The notes below the pieces were generated by a model. It did no database searches. It worked only from the letters and a program-made list of their open reading frames with translations, and was not told the origin of the DNA. This document shows, in pieces, positions 1-11,640 of a DNA stretch of 64,000 nt. The stretch is from Malacoraja senta (taxonomy: Eukaryota): NCBI GenBank assembly GCA_038087875.1, contig CM075977.1:131936001-132000000 (forward strand), in the 5' to 3' direction. The position numbers and the translations under genes were made by a program. The first letter of the stretch is position 1, and each line of letters starts with the position of its first letter.

Positions 1-270
1 ATAGGTTCAAGGTGAAGGGGAAAAGATTTAAGAGGAATCTGAGGGGTAACTTTTTCACACAAAGGGTGGAGCATGAATGGAACAAGCTACCAGAGCATGT
101 AGTTGAGGCATGGACTATCCCAATGTTTAAGAAACAGTTAAACAGGTACATGCACAGGATAAGTTTGGAGGGATATGGACCAAGCGCAGGGAGGTGGGAC
201 TAGAGTAGCTGGGACATGTTGTCCGGTGTGGGCAAGTTGGGCCACACTGCATCACTTTATGATTCTATGA
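1..270 (+). mobile_element. CR1/HER1-type LINE 3' end
   Basis: ORF2 C-terminus RFKRNLRGNFFTQRVEHEWNKLP followed by the 3' UTR. Confidence 0.85.
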
Positions 271-713
271 CATATGTCAGTCTGGTTTCAATTGACATCA
301 TTAACCTGTCCTACCCATAATGATCCTACCTAAAATTATGAACAGTCCTTCACAATCATACTGAAACACAAATTACGCTTATTGTCAGCACATCTGCCAT
401 GGTGATTAATCTGAAGCTCTCATGCAAAGATGGAAAGTAACTGTTCTAGGTTGGCAATTGTATGCGTTTGGTCAACATTTTGTTATTTTTTTCAACTGAT
501 TTGCATGTTCTATATTTTCTATGTTATCTATAATCTTATTCAGAAATCTTGCTAAACATTCCTGCATTGTAAGCAACTAAGCTACTTTTCTCCTTCAAAT
601 GCTTTGGATCTTATTATTTCACAACTCCATACCTACGGCACCAGTATTCAGATGTAAGATGAAAGAATAAAGCATTTGTCGTTAAGGATTATGTGCAGAT
701 GCAACACCGGAGT

Positions 714-935
714 GGGGCGACACCGTGGCGCAGCAGTAGAGTTGCAGTGCTGGAGATCCAGGTTTGATCTTGACTACTGTCTGTATGGAGTTTGTACGTT
801 CTCCCTGTGACCTCGTGAGTTTTATCCGGGTGCTCCAGTTTCCTACCAGACTCCATAGATGTGTAGGTTTGTAAGTTAATTTGTCCCCGTGTGTACGATA
901 GTGCTAGTGTACGGGTGATCGCTGTTCTGCACGGA
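714..935 (+). mobile_element. tRNA-derived V-SINE (HE1-like), decayed
   Basis: tRNA-like head gtggcgcagcagtagagttg; V-domain-like gttctccctgtgacc...ccgggtgctccagtttcct. Confidence 0.8.
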
Positions 936-1599
936 CTGGTACTTTGCTATGAAAAATTATTGATACTAATTGTTAAGGTTTATCCTCTAGACTATTATTC
1001 TCTTATTGACATCCTGTTCTTTACACCTATATCTAACAATGCACAGTCCCGAACCTCTAATGTACGCAGTAATGAAGGTTAATAAGACTCTTTATAGTTA
1101 TTATGCCCTGAATTTTCATTTCCTGGAAATTGGTAAAGAATATATCAAACCAAAAATCCCTGACACCCCCTCTCTGGGACTTGTTGCAATATTTTTGAAA
1201 ATAACGGATTAGATTTGAACTATTGTCTAATTACAGCAGAACTGAAATAACTGTGCCAGATTTCCAGGTTTCTGGGCAGTAACTATTCATTGGCAAGCAG
1301 CTCTGCTCTCTGCAATCTGTTCTCTTCTGGCTGCTCTCACTAGACTGAGAATAGTGATCCTATTTGACATAGATCTGTCTTATTGACTCTGGTTCTTGGA
1401 TGGCTTTCTCTTTTGGGAGAGAAAAATTCTATCCCACACCAATTTGGAAGAAACTGCTCAGCTGAGAGGTAACATCTGATATGTAGCACTGCTGTTGAAT
1501 TGCAAAGGTTAAGAATCATAGATTTCTAAGAAACTTTTCAGGCAGTGATGGGAGAAAGGCAATGGCTACTCATTCTGACCTTTTTGTTTCCACATTGCA

Positions 1600-4024
1600 T
1601 AGGGATGTTACAAAATTTTGAGATGTTAAAAATCAAGCCTGTAATTTATACCATCAGATAAAGCATAAAAAGAACTTTAATTTGATACCTAATTCATTTT
1701 CATACCTTCAGTATTAAAAAGGTTATGGCCATTTTCATACTCGGAAATTAGCATCTTGTTCCCTATTGCTTGTCCATTAACCTAACACAAAAGCTGTGAT
1801 CAAGGACAGTCAATTGACATAAAAGCCCCTAACTTTCTTAAAAATTAAGAGAACTGAATGACATTTTGTTATTATAGATTGAAGCATTCTGAAACAAATA
1901 TGATACATCTTACTTGGATGACCTGAAATTAAAGTATATAATTAGTTAATTACCTAATTAAGTAGCTAATTACAAAATTAACCGTCGTGGCAGAAATAGT
2001 AATAAACACCCAGACTGCCTTGAAAATTCAAAAATGTGATATTCTCAAGATCAGAACTTTAATATTATTGTATTATATGCTGTAAATCCGTAACAGACAG
2101 GTAAAGAAATTACAATTTCTAGCAAAAGACCAAGTCTTCATGGAGAAGATCTAGCTGCTAGCTGGTACATTGACATATCATAATCAGTAGCACATCATAA
2201 TCCTCAGACTGCAACCAATAAGGAACTCTGCACACCTTGCTTTTCCTCAACTTTTCAAATTTGCCATTGTAAACTACAAGTTTTTGTTCTTCAAACCACA
2301 CATGACATGCTTTTCTGCCCACTACTTTCCCATTCAAACCAACTTTTTCCAAACAAGGTATACAAGTACAAGATGTGTCCATTTTTTAAGATCCCTCTTA
2401 GACTCGGGCATGACAGAGAAATTCACTTCAAGGTGAACTCTAGCTATGCCAGGCTGGGCATTTGGATTGACAATTTTGCATTTCTTCTTCGGAGTAGGTA
2501 TGTTACAATACTTACCTTCAATGGCGCTGTAATTCTGCCACTGGCCGTGTGCGCGATTTTGGCGCCTTTAAGGGGGGGGGCGGGCTTAAAACGCGGGTTT
2601 CTCCTACCTTGTCCTGTATTAAATTTCGTTGGAGTACAAGCGTTTGCTGAAAAATCGTTCCTAGGGGCGTTTTGTGAATTTTTTATTTTTATTAAATCGA
2701 CAATGTCAGCCCTGGAGTCATTTTAAAATCAGCTCCTGAAGCCGTCAACGCCGATAACGGGGAAGGATTTCACGTACGGGACAGGTAAACGAAAGTGGTT
2801 TCTTTTAATGTATAAAAGTGCTTCTTAAGAAGCCTTTAATTCACATTTTTTCATGCGAAACGGTGATTTTATTCCCCGAACTAACGGCAGTATTTTTCAT
2901 GCCAATACGGGGTTAAATTCACCGCAAATGAACGTTCCAAATGATCGCGTTCCAGAAATCCTCACTCACAAGATGATTTAAATGCCCATTAATTTACAGG
3001 TATTAAACATTCAATTCCTTCCATTTGGCCTGTAAATTCATGACAATGAGATTTAAAAATTATGTTATATTGTGAATTCTTGTGTGAATGTTATTTGGAC
3101 ACTTAGGCTATTTAAAAATGTTAATCTATTCTTAAGAAATTGATAGATGTTTAGATCTAGTAATTGAATTTTGTAATTAGCTACAATTAGGTAACTAACT
3201 AATTATATGCTTTAATTTCATGTCTTCTAAGTAAGATTGTTTCATATTTGTTTCAGAATGCTTCAATCTATAATAACTGAAAAATTCTTTCAGTTCTCTT
3301 AATTTTTAAGAAAGTTATGGGCTTTTGACTGTCCTCGGTCACAGCTTTTGTGTTAAGTCAATGGAAAAGCAATAGGGAACAAGATGCTAATTTCCGAGTA
3401 TGAAAATGGCCATAACTTTTTTTATACTGAAGATATGAAAGTGAATTAGGTGTCAAATTAAACTTCTTTTTATGCTTTATCTGATGGGATAAATTGCAGA
3501 CTTTATTTTTAAAATCTCAAAATTTTGTAACATTGCTATTCGGAGGCATCTGAAAAATGTAGATAAAAAAAACACTAAACAGCATTGAGTAGAAACAAGT
3601 TTTTATTTGCAGTTTTAGAAAAAAAGTAGAAATGATTTTGTTCAACAAAATGCCTAACACAAGTTAAATGTTAAATCAAATAGTAAATACCAAACAAAAA
3701 AATTCATATTCATCAGTCATCAAATCAATTCATTTAAATTCAATTACTAGATCTAAACATCTATCCCATTCTTAAGAAAAGGCTAAAAATATTTTTTTAA
3801 ACAGCCAAAGTATCCAAATAACAAACTGATCCCATTCACACAAGAATTCACAATATACCATGATTTTTAAATCTCACTTTGTCATGAATTTCTATGCCAA
3901 ATCGAAGGAATTGAATGATTAATTCCCATAAATTTTACTCTGTTGGTTTATAACACTGCAGCAGGCAAGGGCCGTTTTACACAGACATGTGTTCAAAATC
4001 CACAAACATCCACTCAAGATAATT
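1600..4024 (-). mobile_element. TAG..CTA DNA transposon remnant (hAT/hATw-like), outer copy
   Basis: Terminus tagggatgttacaaaattttgag at 1600; 1600-2330 and 3740-4020 are reverse complements of parts of the element at 50323-52739; carries a decayed coding remnant (LNGKVVGRKACHVWFEEQKLVVYN...); far end not found. Confidence 0.75.
2495..3538 (+). mobile_element. Non-autonomous TAG..CTA DNA transposon nested in a copy of its own family
   Basis: TIRs taggtatgttacaa and ttgtaacattgcta; exact 7-bp TSD ttcggag at 2488-2494 and 3539-3545. Confidence 0.85.
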
Positions 4025-4300
4025 AAGGTAGAAAAAAAATGCTGGAGAAACTCAGCGGGTGAGGCAGCATCTAGGGAGCAAAGGAAATAGGCAATGTTAC
4101 GGGTCAAGACCCTTCTTCAGACTGATGTGAGGGTGGGAGGGACGGGAAGAAGAAAGGAAGAGGCGGAGACAGTGGGCTGAGGGAGAGCTGAGAAGGGTAG
4201 GAGAAAGCAGGGACTACCTGAAATTAGAGAAGTCAATGTTCATACCATTGGGGTGTAAACTGCCCAAGCGAAATATGAGGTGCTGCTCCTCCAATTTACG
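4025..4300 (-). mobile_element. Penelope-like element 3' end
   Basis: RKLEEQHLIFRLGSLHPNGMNIDFSNFR (GIY-YIG C-terminus) followed by the pLTR-type UTR with a degenerate CTGAAGA..GTAA motif. Confidence 0.8.
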
Positions 4301-5180
4301 GAGCAAAGAGGTCCTTCTGCAGTTGCACAGGGCCCTAGTGAGACCACACCTGGAGTATTGTGTGCAGTTTTGGTCCCCTAATTTGAGGAAGGACATTCTT
4401 GCTATTGAGGGAGTGCAGCGTAGGTTCATGAGGTTAATTCCCAGGATGGCGGGACTGTCATATGCTGAGAGAATTGAGCGGCTGGGCTTGTATACTCTGG
4501 AATTTAGAAGGATGAGAGGGTTTGGACACGCTAGAGGCAGGAAACATGTTCCCAATGTTGGGGGAGTCCAGAACCAGGGGCCACAGTTTAAGAATAGGTG
4601 TAAGCCATTTAGAACAGTGATGAGGAAACACTTTTTCAAACGGAGAGTTTTGAGTCTGTGGAATTCTCTGCCTCAGAGGCCGGTTCTCTGGATACTTTCA
4701 AGAGAGAGCTAGATAGGGCTCTTAAAGATAGCGGAGTCAGGGGATATGGGGAGAAGGCAGGAACGGGGTACTGATTGGGGATGACCAGCATGATCACATT
4801 GAATGGCGGTGCTAGCTCGAAGGGCCGAATGGCCTACTCCTGCAACTATTGTTAAAAAAAAAAACATGTTCCCAATGTTGGGGGTCCAGAACCAGGTGTA
4901 TAGTTTAAGAATAAGTGGTAAGCCATTTAGAACAGAGATGAGGAAAAACATTTTCACACAGATAGTTGTGAGTGTGTGGAATTCTCTACCGAGACTGGTT
5001 CTCTGGATACCTTCAAGAGAGAGTTAGATAGAGCTCTTAGGGATAACGGAGTTAAGGGATATGAAGCGAAGGCAGGAACGAGGTACTGATTGTGGATGAT
5101 CAGCCATGATCACTTTGAATGGCAGTGCTGGCACGAAGGGCCGAATGGCCAACTCCTGCACCTATTGTCTATTGTCTATT
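4300..5180 (+). mobile_element. Two tandem CR1/HER1 LINE 3' fragments
   Basis: LVRPHLEYCVQFWSP motif; the 3' UTR ending ggccgaatggcc.actcctgca occurs twice (~4850 and ~5160); (CTATTGT)n tail. Confidence 0.88.
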
Positions 5181-5349
5181 GAGTCTGGACTAATCCTACA
5201 CTGCGATAATTTTCAACTGCTATTCCAATTCAGCCTCAGAAAGCTTAGTAAATAGGATTTGCTGTACATTACTTTGTATTAAAATATAAGTTGAGATGTG
5301 ATTTAAAAACAAATTAATTCATTTTCAGTCCATTAAATATTTCCACATT

Positions 5350-6260
5350 CGGTGGTTATGCTAAGATGATGATGATAGGTGATGGGGCAGGCAGTGTAGA
5401 GGAAGCAAGGACTCTGCAGAAGGACTTGGACAAGTTGGGAGAGTGGGCAGAGAAGTAGCAGATGAAATTCAGTATAGAAATGTGCATGCATTTTGGTAAT
5501 AAGAATAAAGGCATAGATTCTTTTCTAAATGAAGAGAGAATCTAGAATTCAGAGGTGCAAAGGAACGTGGGAGTGCGGGTGCAGGACTCCCAAAAAGTTA
5601 ATTGTGCAAGTCGAATCAGTAGAAAGGAAGGCAAATTCAATGCTAGCATTTATTTCAAGAGGACTGGAAACCAAAAACAGATATAATGCTGAGGCTCTAT
5701 AAGGCACTGATCAGGCTGCATTTGGAGTACTGTGAGCAAATTTGGGCCCCATATCTGAGGAGGGTTGTGCTGGCTCTGGAGAAGGTGCAGAGGAGCTTTA
5801 CAAGAATGATTCCAGGAATATGTATTTTAGCATATGATGAGCATTTGACAGCAGTGGGCCTCTACTCGCTGGAGTTTAGAAGGTTGAGGGGGGACTTCAT
5901 TGAAACATAGCATAATGAAAGGCATAGATAGAGTAGATGTGGAAAGGATGTTTCTACTGGTGGGATAATCTAGGACCAGAGGTCATAACCTCAGAATTAA
6001 AGGGCGCTCTTTTAGATAGGAGGTGATGAGGTCAGCGGGTAGTTAATCTGTGGAACTCATTGCCACAGAGGGGTGTGGAGGCTGTCAGTGGATATTTTTA
6101 AGGCGGAGATAGCCAAATTCCTGATTACAACGGATGTCAAGGATTATGGGGAGAAGGCAGGAAAATGGGATTAGGAGGCAGAGATCAGCCATGATTGAAT
6201 GGCGGAGTATTCTCGATGGGCCAAATGGCTTAATTCTAATGCCATAACGTGAATTTGTGA
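5350..6260 (+). mobile_element. CR1 LINE 3' fragment
   Basis: LYKALIRLHLEYCEQIWAP, broken RT C-terminus and CR1 3' UTR. Confidence 0.85.
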
Positions 6261-6687
6261 ACTTATGCATTTAGGCTGTGGGCCGAGGCTAAGTTCGTGA
6301 TCCAAATCACGTAACTACCTGAATTTTTAACATATTGTGTAAAAATATTATAGAAATCATACCTGAACATCAAGAACTAAACCTGCACATATTTTTAAAA
6401 TATGAGAAAAACGCCCAATTTTCCGAGTAGTAATTGTCCAATCAATGCACGCTGGACATTGCGTCGGATGCCAATTGACCAGTCACGCGCTTTGTTTCAT
6501 GGTAGCTAGGCAGCGAGCACTCTGGGATCATGACTGCCTCCTAATTACATCAAAACAATAGCAAAGTTTCGAAGGAATAAAGGTAATGCTAACCTTGCTG
6601 ATAATTTTGTTTTACAATTGATTTATCTTTGTAAAGTTATGATGTGAACTGTTAAATAAAAATGATAAATAACAAATGTTAGGATTA

Positions 6688-7010
6688 GGGTCAGTCAGTC
6701 AGTCAGTCGGTCGGTTGGTCAGTCAGTTGATCAGTCGGTCGGTCGGTCGGTCGGTCAGTCAGTCGGTCAGTCAGTCGATCAGTCTGTCGGTAGGCCGGTG
6801 GATGCTGTGAAGGGTCGGTTGGGCTGTCGGGCTGCCGGTGAGTGCTGCGAGGGGTCTGCCGGGCCGGTGGGTGTTGCGAGTGGACGGTCGGGCTGTCGGG
6901 CCACCGGTGGATGCTGCGAGTGGTTGGTCGGGCTGTCGGACGGCCGGTGTGAGCTGCGAGTGGTCGGTCGGGCTGTTGGATGGCCGGTGTTGCAGCGAAC
7001 GAGCGGGCAG
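6688..7010. repeat. (GTCA/GTCG)n microsatellite grading into a ~40-bp GC-rich minisatellite
   Basis: gtcagtcagtcggtcgg... followed by about five units like gccggtggatgctgcgagtggtcggtcgggctgtcgg. Confidence 0.85.
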
Positions 7011-7499
7011 ACTGACGGAGCCGGGGGTGCTGAAGGCGGCCCAGGCGGCGTGCTTCCCACCATCATCACCATGATGATCCAGAAGGGCCGAGGTGGATGC
7101 ACTGAGCGGCCACACGTACGGAGCCCGCAGCCGGTCCCAAAGCGGCTCCAGCTTCAGCCGTGGGCAGCTCTGGAAGGGGGGCAAGTTAGGGTTAGGCATT
7201 TTCCTCAGTGGAAGATGCCTTAGCCTTCCCCCACCCTGCCACTGCCCCAGTCCCAATACGGCCGTGACCCCCACTCTGCACACTGGCAATCAGTGGGGTT
7301 CAGTAAACAGGGGAACCCACAGGAACTGCCCTCACCCATTAATTAGGTGGGTTCAGGAGCCGGACCCCTGCGGCAGTCTCATTCAAAATACACACTCACA
7401 ATTATATTCATATTATTTTTATATAATATAATTATATATAATCATATATAATTACAGTCATATTCACGTCATATATATATATATATATATGGTATAATA

Positions 7500-7643
7500 A
7501 TACCTTCTTCCCGCCCCGCTCCCCCACCCCCACCCCCACCCTGCATCAGCCTGAAGAAGGGTTTTGGCCCGAAACGTTGCCTATTTCCTTCGCTCCATAG
7601 ACGCTGCCGCACCCGCTGAGTTTCTCTAGCACTTTTGTCTACC
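7500..7643 (+). mobile_element. Penelope pLTR fragment with a minimal hammerhead-ribozyme-like core
   Basis: CTGAAGA (7551-7557), GGG/CCC stem and GAAAC (7571-7575); same UTR family as 4025-4125. Confidence 0.7.
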
Positions 7644-8823
7644 CTGGAATAATAATATATGGTTTAAATAGACAGCAGCACGGAATTAGGCTCCCCATGG
7701 AGTAATATGAGCATTGAACACTGGATGGCGCTTACTTTTTCAATCTCATTTTCTAATTAGCTTAATTAATTAATGTGCTACTTTTGGCACTAACGAGTTA
7801 TGACTTCCTTCTCAATTATATTTTATCTAAATCTGCGCAAAATTTCAAGTAGTTCCTAGACATGGGTCACGAAAGTTAAATTCTAGACACATTTTCGATG
7901 CTCGGCCCACAGCCTAATTTATCACTGTGTGAATGCAACTTGATGGATGATAATTAGTTCACAGCCTCATATTATAGGATAAGGTTCTTCTGTCATTCTG
8001 AATATATTTTTGGTCCATTGAAACTAAATATAATTTGCAGTTGTATAGCACATTTAAAGAAACTGGCCTAAACTGTCTCTTAATTACGTGTTAAAAAAAA
8101 GGTGATATACGAACAGGAAGGAAGAAATAGGTAGAGTAAACAAAGATTTAAGAGAATCTGTTTTGAATGAAATTTGAAAGGCTTTACTGAGGTAATTGCA
8201 AAAGGCTAAAACCAGTTTTAGAGTAGACAATAGACAATAGGTGCAGGAGTAGGCCATTTGGCCCTTCGAGCCAGTACTGTAGTGTATGGAGAAAGTTATT
8301 TTGTATCTTAAAATGGCCATGGGGGTATATCCGACGTCTGGTGATGTTGTTAAATTATGTTTTCACTTTATTGTCCTTTAACTGCAATGCATTATTGTCA
8401 ATTGGCGAGTCATACAAAGCTTTGAAGGATTTTGAGAGGCTGTATCTTTGTTTAATAAGTGCTTCACTGAAGCTTCTCAGTTGATTTGAAAACCTTAGAG
8501 CACAATTAGAATTTCTAACTTATTTACTTGTAATATATCTGTTTGGATTTTGATATGACTCAATTTTGAAATAAAAGCTCCAAGAATAACATTACAACGT
8601 AATTGGATATGCTTGCTTATGCCTACAAAGCCTGTTCTTTTTAGGCATTAGAAAGGTTCTTGGAATTTGGCCTGGTAATGTTCTTGACACCGAAGTATAA
8701 GCTGTTACATTCAATAGCTATAGTGAATGTTCAGACAGGAAAAATTCAGACGTTTGAATTCTTAACAGTTCTCAAAGATATTGTAATATTGCAGATATTA
8801 ACCGCCTCGTCTTTCATTTCTAG

Positions 8824-8912
8824 ATTGTTAAATTGAGAAAAGATGTAAAGAAAGCAAGAATATTAATCATACGGAAACTATCGAGAAACATCGCCGACCT
8901 GAAAAAGAAAAA
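8824..8912 (+). CDS. SRFBP1: SRFBP1 (serum response factor binding protein 1) internal coding exon, probable exon 2
   Basis: tttcatttctag acceptor and gttggt donor; 89 nt encoding IVKLRKDVKKARILIIRKLSRNIADLKKK(K), recognisable as the vertebrate SRFBP1 N-terminus (VVKMRKEVKRIRVLVIRKL...LKSKK); ends in phase 2. Confidence 0.93.
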
Positions 8913-10534
8913 GTTGGTAACTCAATGTTCCTGATATTTGCTGGGAGACTGGGAGGGTGCAAAAACTTCTGTAATAACAGCAATAGTCACCAAGGTCAAG
9001 AATGCGGCTATACTAAATTTAAAGGGAACTTGGTTTCATAACATTTTTATCCATTTTCCAATTGCATTTGGCCAAAATAACAGATGAACCATTTGTCCAG
9101 CAAGAAAACAAGAGTCAAGAGTGTTTTATTGTCATACGTACCGAAACAGAACAATTAAATTCTTACTTGCAGCAGCACAACAGGTTTGTAAACACGGTAC
9201 TCAGTATATAATAAACAAAGTTCAATAACTAAAAATTCCCAATATAGTGTAAACTAACACCAATAAAACCAAAAAAATCTGAAGTCCCGAGTGCAAACCA
9301 GAGAGTTCACAGTTTGGAATTTAGTTGGAGTTCGTAATTTTCAATAGACTGATAGTTGTTGGGAGAAGCTGTCCCTGAACCTGGACATTAACATTTTCAG
9401 ACTCTTATACCACCTCATGGGAATAGGCCAGGGACACTGTGATGGGTTTGGTATAATTTCAGATTGGGATGAGCTTCCTCTCGACATTAATAGGTTCTAT
9501 CTCCTTTCTGGGTAGCAGAGAGAAGTTGGGACCGGCAGATGGGAAACCAAGCAACTCTTGAGAAATAAACATTTCTACTTGGGTACATGGATAGGAAAGA
9601 TTTAGATGTGGGCCAAACGCGGGCAGATGGGACTAGTGCAGGTGGACCTCTTGGTCGGCATGGGCAAGTTTCTGTGCTGTGTGACCCTGAGAGGCAAATA
9701 TAAACACAGCTACCAACAGTCGAACAATTAGAGATGAATAAGAAGCTGGACTTGGATGACCGCAGATGTTTCAAAGGGCTGAAGATCACATAGTAAGGAA
9801 GTAGCGAAGGAGATGAAAACAAGAAGAGTTTTTAAGAATGTACAAATTCTCCTGTCTTCTGATTGTAAATTATGATTCACAAATTGAACCACAATGTGTC
9901 CTCAATTCCACAATCTGAAATGGAGTGATGCAGCTTTGCTGTAGTTTTGCTGCTTGAACGTCATTCACGTTACTCCCTTTATCATGTATCTGTACACAGT
10001 GGAAGGTTCAATTGTAATCATGTATTGCCTTTCCGCTGACTGCATAGCACGCAACCAAAGCTTTTCGCTGTTCCTCGCTACACGTGACAATAAACTAAAT
10101 TCAAACTCAATCTGGTTTACTAATGTTAAAGTAGCATTATAACATCTGTGAACTACAACCATAATGATTGTTAATAATAGCTTTACATTAATAGATTTTG
10201 ATATCTAGTGGTTATAATGCAATTTTTAATGAGATTTTCTCAAAAATTGGATATTTCTAAGCAAGAGCTTGGAAGATTTTGGGCATGAACGTATTTGATA
10301 GCTCTTAAAACTTGAGAAACGTGTTTAGTTTTATAGGATGATTAAAATCCTGAATTCACACTACTAATTTACTTTTTATGCACATGATTTATTATAATAG
10401 ATTTTTTTTAAATGGAAGCAATCTTGCTGTGTAGAAATTACTTTCAGTATTCAACTACGTTATTTACGATGTTCTTATTATTGTTATGTTAATGTGAGAA
10501 TATGAATTTTTACAAAATAATATTGCTTAATTAC

Positions 10535-10722
10535 ATTCAGCAGGCTAGGCAACATACAGGCAGGGAAAAGGACAGATGATGTTTCAGGTTGTAACCCTTC
10601 CTTAGTCCCAATTCAATATGTTGTCTGTCTTTTTCCCCTTCTCAGATGCTGCCTGACCTTCTGAGTGTCCCCAGTAGTTTTTTTGCTCAAGATTCCAGCA
10701 TCTGCAGTATCTTGAATCTCCA
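10535..10722. repeat. Degenerate Penelope-derived palindromic element
   Basis: Inverted arms (caggctaggcaacat... / ...agatgctgcctgacc) related to 40562-40730. Confidence 0.5.
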
Positions 10723-10768
10723 TTTTAACAAGTATCCAACCTGATTACATTTTTGGGTGTCTTTGCAG

Positions 10769-10841
10769 AGGAACACAAGATGCTGTCATGAAGAATGTAC
10801 GACGTGCAGAAAGATTACTGGAGGACATCCATACAATGAAG
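10769..10841 (+). CDS. SRFBP1: SRFBP1 coding exon, probable exon 3
   Basis: gtctttgcag acceptor and gtattg donor; 73 nt, phase-2 start matches the previous exon; encodes GTQDAVMKNVRRAERLLEDIHTMK (cf. GTEDALLKNQRRAQRLLEEIHAMK). Confidence 0.93.
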
Positions 10842-11054
10842 GTATTGGGCTGTACACAGAACATGAAAATAAGAGCAAGAAGGGGTCACCTGATCATTTA
10901 AACCTGCCATCCCATACAATATGATCATGGCTGACTATCTGGGTTGCAACTTTTTTCCCCCCAAGGAGTTTCCCCATAACCCTGATTTCCTCATTCTACC
11001 TCCCATTTAAATGATCTTGCCTCCACCTTCCAGGTGAAAGAATTCCAGAGATAC

Positions 11055-11640
11055 AAAACGATACGATATGATAGAGCTTTATCTATCCCAGGAGGGAAAT
11101 TGGTCTGCCAACAGTCATAAAACACAACAAGATACATGAAACATGAAATTAAAGTGACGAGTCCAGGATTGGGGATGTGCAAAGATTGGGGTGGGGGGGT
11201 CGGGGGGATGAAGGGGAGTAAGTTTACCCCACGACAGAAGGGGAGGTTGCACAGTTTGATAGCCACAGGGAGAAGACCTCCTGTGGCGTCTGTGCTGCAT
11301 CTTGGAGGAACCAGTCTGTTGCTGAATGTGCTCCTCAGGTTGACCAGTGTGTCATGGAGGGGGTGAACTGTATCGTCCAAGATGCTCCGCAGTTTGAGGA
11401 GCATCCTCCCCTCCAAGACCATCACCAGTGAACCCAACTCCACCCCCAGGTCGGAACCAACTTTCCTGATGACCTTGTTAATTCTGTTCTTCACCCTGCT
11501 ACCCCAGCACACGACAGCGTATAAGATGGCACTGGTCACCACCGATTGATAGAACATGCAGCATCTTACTGCAGACGTTGAAAGAGCGGAGCCTCCTCAG
11601 AAAGTAGACAGCTCTGTCCCCTCTTATACAGTGCCTCCGG
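11055..11640 (-). mobile_element. Rex1/Babar-type LINE 3' fragment
   Basis: FYQSVVTSAILYAVVCWGS...HPLHDTL...RL; microsatellite-like (ATCGT)n tail. Confidence 0.8.

Larger units (their letters stand above)
6272..7916. mobile_element. Non-autonomous DNA transposon, Academ-like
   Basis: Perfect 16-bp TIR taggctgtgggccgag / ctcggcccacagccta; 3-bp TSD att on both sides; superfamily inferred only from the TAG termini and TSD length. Confidence 0.65.

Noticed and set aside
714-790. tRNA genes at SINE heads and PBS sites
   Set aside because: Only A/B-box-like SINE heads or 10-17 nt primer binding sites; no full cloverleaf
4214-4712. Chimeric Penelope/CR1 ORFs
   Set aside because: Chance in-frame junction of two adjacent truncated retroelements on opposite strands
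6771-7431. Several overlapping 78-172 aa ORFs
   Set aside because: They arise from GC-rich tandem repeats that lack stop codons; the peptides are low-complexity
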